A DNA stretch of 64,000 bases from a virus. Both the position numbers and the translations under genes were made by a program. The stretch is from positions 2,786 to 66,785 of IMG/VR virus record IMGVR_UViG_3300028908_000009; one strand, given 5' to 3'. Positions 1 to 9,000 of the stretch are shown here, piece by piece; within the stretch, counting starts at the first letter, position 1, and each line of letters starts with the position of its first letter. Below the pieces are notes generated by a model. That model had not been told where the DNA came from and searched no databases. It saw only the letters and a list, made by a program, of their open reading frames with translations.

Positions 1-3000
1 GCGAGGATCTGCTTGAGCCAGACGAGGCGGCCCATCAGGGCGGCCCGGTGGAGGGCCCACGGGTTCCGCTCCAGCTCGCCCTCGGCGATCCGCTCGTAGA
101 GCAGGCGGGGGGTGGGGGCCTGGAGCTCCGGCCCGATCACGGCCTCCATCCGCTTCGTGTGGGCGGAGAGGTTCTCCATCGTGAGCAGGAGGGTCCGCGT
201 CTCGGCCAGCAGGTCGGCGATGATGAGCTTCGTCCACTTGACGGGACCGAGCCGCTTCCCCTTCCGCAGGGTCGGGTTGACCGCCTCGATGTTCTCGCGG
301 ATCACCCGCATGTCCGCAGTCTCCGCCTCGTCCAGGGCGGCCTCGCGGAGCTTCGAGTAGTTCCGCAGCACCCGGTCCATCAGCTCCCGGGCCTTCTCGT
401 TCGGGCGACCCTGGTCGTCCTGGTGCGCCATCGTGACGGGCGGTAGGACGGTGTAGGGGTCGTCCACCGTGTCGAGGAAGTGGAAGTGCCGCGCGACGGC
501 GTAGAGAAGGTCGGGGTGCAGCTCGGACAGCTTCGACGGGTCCCGCGACCACTGGGCGACGATCTCCGCCGCCTCCTCCAGGGACAGCTTCCGCCCCTCG
601 CCGCGCCGCCGGGCGATGCCCCGCATCGCGTCCAGCTCGGTCCGCAGCTTCTGCGTGGCCGAGACCAGGAGCTTGTGCCGCTTGAGGGCGGCGATGAGGG
701 CCTCGTCGATCTGCGGGAGGAGGTCCAGCGGGGGCTCCCAGCCGAACGGGAAGATGCGCGACCCGTCCGCCATCGGCAGGCCCAGCTTCCGAAGCGCCCG
801 GAGCAGGTGGGCCTTGCGGACCTGGCGGTAGCGCCCGCCGGGCATGGAGAGCTGGCCGATCCGCCGGACGATCCAGGCGGCCCGCTCCGCGTCCGACAGG
901 ATCTCGAAGGCCCACTCCGGCAGCCCCTCGCCCCGGCGCGCGAGGTCGAGGGCCAGGAGCCGGGGGTCCTTCTCCATGACCATCTCGTACATGCCGTCGT
1001 AGGACTGGAGCACCGAGGTGGGGACCGGCAGCCCCTTCTCCAGGGCCTCGGCGATCGCCAGCAGGTGCTCCCGCTTGGAGGCGTCGGGGTGGAGCGCCTT
1101 CCACAGCGGCCAGGGCATCTTCCACGGGGCCGGCCCGCCGGCGGCGGTCATCGCCATCTGCCGCCAGGCCCCGGGTGCGAACTCCCCGAGATCCCGAAGC
1201 CGGGACCGGTCGAAGACGACGACCGCAGGCTCGTTGCCGTGGAGGGTGGCCCGCAGCACGACGCCGTCCGGCAGCGCGTCGGCGGGGTCGAGCCCCAGCG
1301 ACTCCGCCATCCTGGGCACCTGCCGGAGGACCTGCCGGATCGTCAGGTTCCGCTCGTGGACCTTCTCCGAGTCCAGCCTGCTCCAGACGCGCCGGGGGAT
1401 GGCCCCCAGGTCCAGCAGGCGGACCAGGCGAGCCTCCGTGGCGCGGGCGTCCAGGTAGAGCGACTGGACGCCGCGCACGTCCACCCAGTTCCCCTCGCCG
1501 AGGAAGACCTCCTTCTGCTCGACGTTCCTCTGCCGCCCACCCCGCAGGACCGGCACGGCCGGCTGCCGCCAGTGGTCGGCATCGAGCTGGAGGTAGAGCC
1601 GGGTCTTCACCGGCACGTCCCACCGGTTCGCCCACTCGGAGCCGGCCTGGAGAGCGGCCCAGTAATCCACCATGCGGAGGTTCCGCAGGTCCGCCAGCTC
1701 CTGGACCTCCACCGCCGTCAGCTTCTTCCCGGCGACGGCCAGCGGCAGGACCGTGGAGGAGTCCTTCACCACCGTCACCGCCGGCCGACCGGGCACGACG
1801 ATGTGAACGGCGTCGAAGGTGGACCCGCTGTCGTCCCACAGCCAGCGGAGGAACTCCACCACCGGGCGGGAGGGCGGCTTCGTGGGATGGAGCCCCTCGC
1901 GCAGGTCGCGGACGAACCGCGCCAGGTCGCCGCCGTACCGGGCCGTGACGAACCCCCGGAGGGTGCCGGGGACGTTGACGATGTCGTCACCCTCGGCGGA
2001 GACCTCCAGCACCAGCGGGTTCCCGGGGAAGACCCTGACCTCGTGGACGTAGCCGTGCCCGTTGACGGCCAGGGCGTCCACCGCGTCGGCCTCGTCCTCC
2101 CAGGCGAGGAGGAACCCGCCGCCCCCCGGGGGATGGCTCAGGCGGAGGGAGAGCCCGAGGGAGTAGACGTAGGCGAGGTGCCCGGGCCAGGCGAAGGGGT
2201 CTTCCCCGACGTACCGGGCTCCGGGGGCGGAGGGCTTCCGGTCGGCGAGGAGCTCGGGGAGGTCCTCTCGCCAGACGGGGAGCCTGAACCACCGGAGCTT
2301 TCGCCAGATCCGGCCAGCGGGTCGGGCCGCGAGAGAAGGCCGGCGATCCCTTCCCACATCGGAGCCTTCGCGCGGCGCTCGGGCGGCAAGCTGTCCACTG
2401 CCATCCGGTAGAGCTTCTCCACGTCCAGGCCCTCCCGCTTCGCCCGCCAGAGCATCGTTCGGAGATACGGGGATACCCCGTCGGTCCGCATCAGGGCCAG
2501 GAAGATGCCTACCTCCGCCCGGTGCTCCTCGGAGCTCAGGTAGATCGTCGGCGGCAGGTGCAGCCCCAGTTCTTCCAGCTTGCTCTTGTCCACTTTCTTC
2601 ACTGCTCATCCCCTTGATCGGGATATGCCCGAAGGTGTTTTTCTCCTTCTCGTAGAGCGCCCAGGCGGTCTTCGTGACCCTGACCGCCTCGACGAGCGCC
2701 TGGCGGTCCGCCATCAGCGTGTCGATCAGCTCCTTCCCGAGCCTGGCGAGCATCGGGGCGGCGTAGCGCGTGAGCTGCTGCACCGCCCACTGCCACTCGG
2801 GGGCCGTGTGGTCGAAGGCCCCTCCGCCGTGCGCGATCTCGTGGACCGCCACCTCGAAGAAGGTATCGACGATGCGCTCGACATGCACGCGCAGGTAGGA
2901 GGTGACGACCTCGTCCTCCTCCGGCGACAGCTCCCCCTCGGCCCACCGCTGGAGCTTGACCACGTCGTGCCTGTCGAAGCCGGCGTGGCGGAGGATCGTG

Positions 3001-6000
3001 ATCGGGTTGAGAACGTACCCACGGAGAGCCCGCGAGGCGTTCATCTCCTCGACGGGGAACCCCTCGCCCAGGATCTCCCGCAGCACCTTGACCCGTTCGC
3101 CTTCCTCCAACCAGTCCAGCGGCACGCTGCGGGAGTAGCCGAGCACGTTCGGCTTATCGGTCAGCTCCCAGCCGAGGAAAGGATTCACGCTGTAGGTGAA
3201 CCTTTGGAGACCGAAGCCGACCTGTCCGGGTAGGGGGATCGAGCCGAGCCCTAGCTCTTCCTTGGCGGGCAGTCCATGCTTGCCCAACAGCGACTCGACA
3301 TCCACCCGGAGCCGGGCCAGCACCGACAGGATGGAGGTGAAGAACTTCCCCTCCCGGATGCCCTTCACGACCAGCTTGCCGCCCGGGTCCTTGTCGAAGA
3401 CGTCGGTCGTTCGGAAGAGGTGGAACTTCTGCGGCTTGCCTCCGGCGTGTACGGAGGTCGGCGGCAGCTCGCCGTAGGACTCCTCGACATACTTGATCGA
3501 GAGCCGCCTGGCGGCGTCCTGCACGAAACTGTCGATCTTCTCCCGAATGATGTTCTGGACGGAAGATTGGTAGTTCGCCTTCAGGTCCTCCCGCGAGGGC
3601 AGGAAGGGATACTCCGCGTCCCGCTCCGGCACCTCCGGGTCGATGTCGATGAAGAGCGCGCTCCCGAGCTGGTTCACGATCTGGACGGTCTGGTTCCCGA
3701 GCAGGCTTATCACCGGCATGGTGAACTGCGGCAGCCCACGGATGGAGATGTGAGCGATGATCATCCGGCTGTGGCTGGGCAGGATGGCACCGGTCGATTT
3801 CTGCCCGATCCCCCACACCTGTACGTTGCTCTTCTTCAGGCTGCCCTCGATGGCCCCCGCGATCTCCGGCAGGGGCACGAGCCCGATGTCGGAGGCATCC
3901 ACGCCCTCCCCTCGCCAGAAGTCGTAGGCATCGTTTCCTACCAGCGGCCGCGTCGCCCCCTCGTTGTCCAGCCAGCCCGGGACCGGGAGCCCCAGCGACT
4001 TCAGTGCCTTCTTCAGCACCGGCAGCGGGAAGAACGACATGGCCCTGGACGGGCCGCTGTTCAGGCCCATCACCAGTTGCTGCAATGGAGTGGAGAGCAG
4101 ATGCCCCGATCCCAGGGCCTCTACCAACGAGGTGACCAGCTCCGCCCGCCGCTCATCGGGGGAGCAATACCACCACCACCGCTCGGCCAGTTCGGCGAGA
4201 CGCGAGCCCTCGGGAGCGATGGTCCCGATGGAGAGGTTCTGGATGGAGGCGCGAGGGTCATCCCCCATCACGAGGCCCTTCCAGGCGTCGGGGATCTCGA
4301 ACTCGAACCGGACCGCCTGGTCCAGCAGCCCCAGCTCGGCGTAGGACTGGAGGGTGAGGGCCCACTCCATCGTGGGTCGCAGGAAGCGGTTCAGCGCCGG
4401 GCCGGGGAGGCTCTCAAGGAAATCGTGCATCTGCTTCCCGGCCAGCTCCGCATCGTTGGGCGGGGCACCGTCGATGTAGCCGGGAAGCCGGGCCTCCGGC
4501 GGGTACTTCCAGCGGAGGATGTCGGTCTCCCTGTCACGCTCCATGTCGAAGAGCATGGAGGGGAACCGCATCGTGATCCGCGTGCCCATCGGGTCGTCGG
4601 GCCGGGCCGGCCGGGTCGTCATCCGGGCCTTCATCGTCTGCCGGTACTCGTGCGGATCGACTTCCAGCTCGGTGACGGTCGAGCCGTCGTTCGTCCAGAC
4701 CTGCACCTCCGAGAAGACGAAGATCGCCTTCGCGCCGATCCCGAACCCCCCGACGGTGCCCTCCTTCTCCTGGATCTTCACGTTCGCCAGGGAGAGGAAG
4801 TGCTTCCGGATCGTCTCTGGGCTCATCCCGTCCCCGTCGTCCTCGACCGTCAGGGCCAGGTTGGCCGGATCGACGGCGAGACGGATGCGCCCGCCGGTGC
4901 CGCCGTGTCGGCGGCGAACGGCCCCGAGAGCATTCTGCACGGCCTCGCGGATGGCGACGCCGACGGGGTGGGACTGGTATCGCCCGGCCGTCTGGTCGTG
5001 CAGGACGTTGGAGATGTTGATCTCGCCCCGCACCTCTTCCTGCGGCTCGCCCGCTTCCATCGGCTGCTCCCGCCACTCGTTCGGCTGCGGTGGGTACAGC
5101 TCGTCCTCGTTGTGCGCGTCGATGATCCGGATGTTCTCCGGATCGAGCACGGCGACGATGTCGTTGGGCGGCCCGAGATCGACGAGGTCGGTGAAGATCG
5201 CCCCGTCGTGACCACCCTTGATCGCGCGATCGACGTTCTCCCCCATGCCGACGAGGTTCCAGGGCTTTCCCTTCGCCGGGACGATGAGCGGGTTCCGGAG
5301 CCGAACGGCATTCCGCCGGATGAGATTGAGCTGGATCAGCCCGCGAGCGTGGACGAGCTTGACGAAGTAGTCGTCCGGGTCGGGCTGCTCCCCGGACATG
5401 TCCAGCGGCGGCTCGCGGAACCACTCCCTCGGGAGAGAGGTGAAGAGATCCCTCGCGGCCTCGACGAACCCCTCGGGAACGGGGTCATCAAGGTCCGCGT
5501 CCAGGAACTTGGGTAGCCGGAATAGCAGCCTGCCAATCAACCTCATGCCCAGCACGTAGGGGGCATGTGAGGCGTTGTACGGGATCTCCAGCTCGTTCTC
5601 GTAGAGGGTGCGATCCATCAGCGCGACTCTCGGCATCGCCATGGCGACGTGGGCGATGGGGGAGAGCAGCACGTGGTAAAGCAGCGTATCGTATCCCTCC
5701 AGCACGGCATCCAGGTAAACCCCGTACTTCTCCAGGAACTCCTTATCCGCCAGGTTCGTAAAGGCTGCATCCAGCAGCGTGTAGTAGAGGCGGACGACCT
5801 GACCGCCGGTCCACCCCAACCGCCTTACGATGGCTTGCCCGAGGTCGGCCATGAGCATGGCGGCGTGATCGATAGCCGCAGACTCCTTGTCGCCTTCCTC
5901 AATCCTCCTTGCCGCCGCCTTCAGTGCCTCGAACTCCGGCAGGCTCTGTACCTCGGGCGGAATGTCACGAGCCGTATAGCGCCCCGGCCCGTCCATGAGG

Positions 6001-9000
6001 GCTATCGTTCCGAACGTTTCAAGACGGTGCAGCGGGAAACCCGTATCGAGACTGGCCGCGAAATCGTATGCCCTGGCGAGGTGGGTGAGGGCCCCCGATC
6101 CGAGGAGGCGCTGAACGAACTCCCTTCCCCCCAGGCCGTAGGCGCACCACCAGCGCCACATGCTATCTATCCACTGGTCGGCCTCGGCCGCCTCCGTGTC
6201 ATCGTAGCCCGGGGGGAAGTCCAGCACTTCTTCGCTGTAGAGCTCATCGAGCGTCGCGGGGTCGAAGGCTTGTCGCTCAGGAAGGCGGAAAATCCCCTCC
6301 TCTACCAGGACCTGGATGGCCCTCTTCTCCAGGGGTTCGAGGGGGGCGAAGCCGAGCCCCTTGTTCGTCAACGCCATGCGGGCAATATTGCCGATGTTGC
6401 TGGAGGTAAAGGTGGCATGGGACGCCCCGAAGATGGTATGGAAGAGGAGACCGGTCGGGACGGCCCACGTGAACGCCGCACGCCTCGTGGTCATATACAA
6501 CCACGCTTCTCGGACACGAGGGTCGGGATGGTTGAGAAACCCCATCTCGACGATGAAGACGAAAGGCCCCTCGTAGAGGTCATGCTGGAAGCCCGGCCAG
6601 GCGAGCAGCGCAGCCAGCCCCCGCTTCATCGGATCGGCGTCGAGAAGCTGGTTCTTGACGATGGGCTTTGCCGCCTTCTCCAGCGCCGCGTGGAGCACCC
6701 CCAGCAGAGGTGCCCGGTTCCCCGGGGAGGCATCCAGCTTCGTGAGGAGGGTCCACGTGGCCGGCTCGACATACTCGGCGAGGTAGCGCTGCTGGGCCTT
6801 CATCATCTGTAGGGGCGTCGGGACCTCGCCCTCCTCCAGGTTCCAGGGCAGGGGGATCCGTGGGGGAAGCGGAGCATTCTTGTCCACGAGCCAGCGCAGC
6901 TTCGGCATCGATTCGAGCAGCCGTCGGGCTTCCGCTCCCCAGGTTCCGCTCGACGCCAGCACCTCCTTCATGGCGCGCCTGACCTTGTCAGGCCCGGAAA
7001 CCATGGCGAGGAATCCAAGCCCGCTGATGGTGGACACGTAGGCGGCGATTCCCTGGGAGGTACGTACCTCCGTTGGAGGGGAGGATCTGTAACCCCTCTT
7101 CAGGTCGGCCTTGATTCGGAGGGCCCACCAGATCAGTCCATCGGACACCTCGCCCAACGGGTCCCGCGACTCCTCGCCAAAGCGAAGTGGATTACGATAC
7201 GACGGCTTGTGGAAGAAGGTATGCAGGCTCTTCCGGAGCACGGAACCCGAGGGGAGGGTGGCCCATTCGAGGGGGAAGCTGGACGGGACGCTCCCGGTGA
7301 AGGTCTTCTCCACGAGCTGGGGCCAGCGCCGACGAAGCTCCTCGACGGCCGTCTTCCACATCTCCAGCCGACGACGCCTGGCCTCCTCGCTCTCGCCCAC
7401 GTAGGCCCGCCTGACGATGATTTGCTTCTGGTACTTGAAGAAGACCTTGAAGTCGTCCCGTGCGGCCGTCCTGGAGAAGTGCGGCTCAGCGGGAAGAGCC
7501 TTCTCCGCTGCCCACGCCAGCTTGTTGAGCGCCAGCTCGGTGAACGAGCGGGAGGTGACGGGGTCGGTGGCGGCCCACACGGCCATCCTGGCCGAGTAGG
7601 CACCGGTCACCTCTCCCAGCCTCTCCTTCTCGTACTGGAGGAACGTCGGGTCGGCCGTCCCGTGGTAGAAGATGATCGGCGAGCCGTCCGGGTGAACGAG
7701 GACCGAGTCCTGGACCCACTTCCAGATCGGCCACGTGCTGTCGTCGTCCCCCACCTCCATCGCCTGCTGCTGCCACACGGGCGTGGCGATGGTCGGCTCG
7801 GTCGCGTCCTCCGCCTTCGCGCGGGCGTTCAGGACCTTCTTCGCCTGCCGAACGAACTGGCGAGCCGCCAGCCACCCGCCGGCCTTCTCGTAGCCGTCCG
7901 CCTGGCGGAGGACGGCCGCCGCGTCGGAACCGTCCCGCTCGACGACGTCCGGTCCCGGCGGGGCCTCGGGCAGCTCCTCCTCCAGCTCGGAGATGGTGTC
8001 TCGCAGGGCCTGCACCTCCCCCTTCGTCAGCTCCCGGGGGCTCTCCAGCCGCTCGACCGCCTCGGCCGCCCGGCTGAGGATGTCCGGCTCGACGCCCATC
8101 ATCTCCCGCCGGGCCTGCTCGAACTCGGCTGCCGCCCGGGGATCGACCTCCGCGAGCCGGAGCTCGCCCCGGTCGGTCAGCTCCCACCGGACGGGCAGGC
8201 CGGGCACCGGCGTGAACGACCAGCCGGGCCCGGCGAGGTCGTGGTAGCGGACCGGCGTGATCCGCCCGGACCGGTCCTGGAACCACGGCTCGCCGGCCCA
8301 CTGCACGACGGCGAGCCTGTCCCCGGAGGGCGTCCGAGCGACGCCGATGGCGATCGGCTGCTCCTCGTCGAAGCCGGCGAACGCCCGCGAGGCGGCCACC
8401 TTCTGCTGCTTCGCCGCCTCCCAGGGACGGGTCTCCCAGTCCCGGGCCGAGGGAACGGCCAGCTCCTTCCCGAGCGGGATGTTGATGTCCCCCCGCACGG
8501 GCTCCGGCGCGGGCCCCTCGCCGTCCGCCTCGATCGCCCGGGCCTCCTCCCGCGTCAGGACGGTTCGGACTGGCTTCGCCTCCGCCCCGCTCGTGAAGGT
8601 GGCGACGACCTCCCGGGGGCCGAGGTCCTCCAGCCGCGCCCGGGTCTTCGCCTTCACCCGCTCCCGCAGGGCGGTGAACTCGTTGGGCCGATCCTCGCCC
8701 CGGAGGAACTGCGGCAGGTCGGCCCCGAGGGCCTGCACGTCCTCCCACCGGTAGACCCGGACCCGGCCCGTTCGCGGGTCCCGCGCGACCAGCGGGGGGA
8801 CGGGCACCCCTGCCTCGTCCAGCCGGCCGGCCAGCTCCAGCGCCGGCGCGAGGAGGCCGGGCAGGGAGCCGTCCTGCATCGCCGGCGGGTCCGGGAGCTG
8901 CACGTCGTGCCGGTTGGCCGCCTGTACCAGCTCGTCCGCCCAGCGGACCACGGCGGCCCGACCGGCGACCTCCACCACGCCCGGACCCCGCAGCCCGGGC

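Noticed and set aside
5310-7545. Intein as explanation of the ART insert
   Set aside because: No N-terminal C/S block, C-terminal HN or LAGLIDADG motif seen
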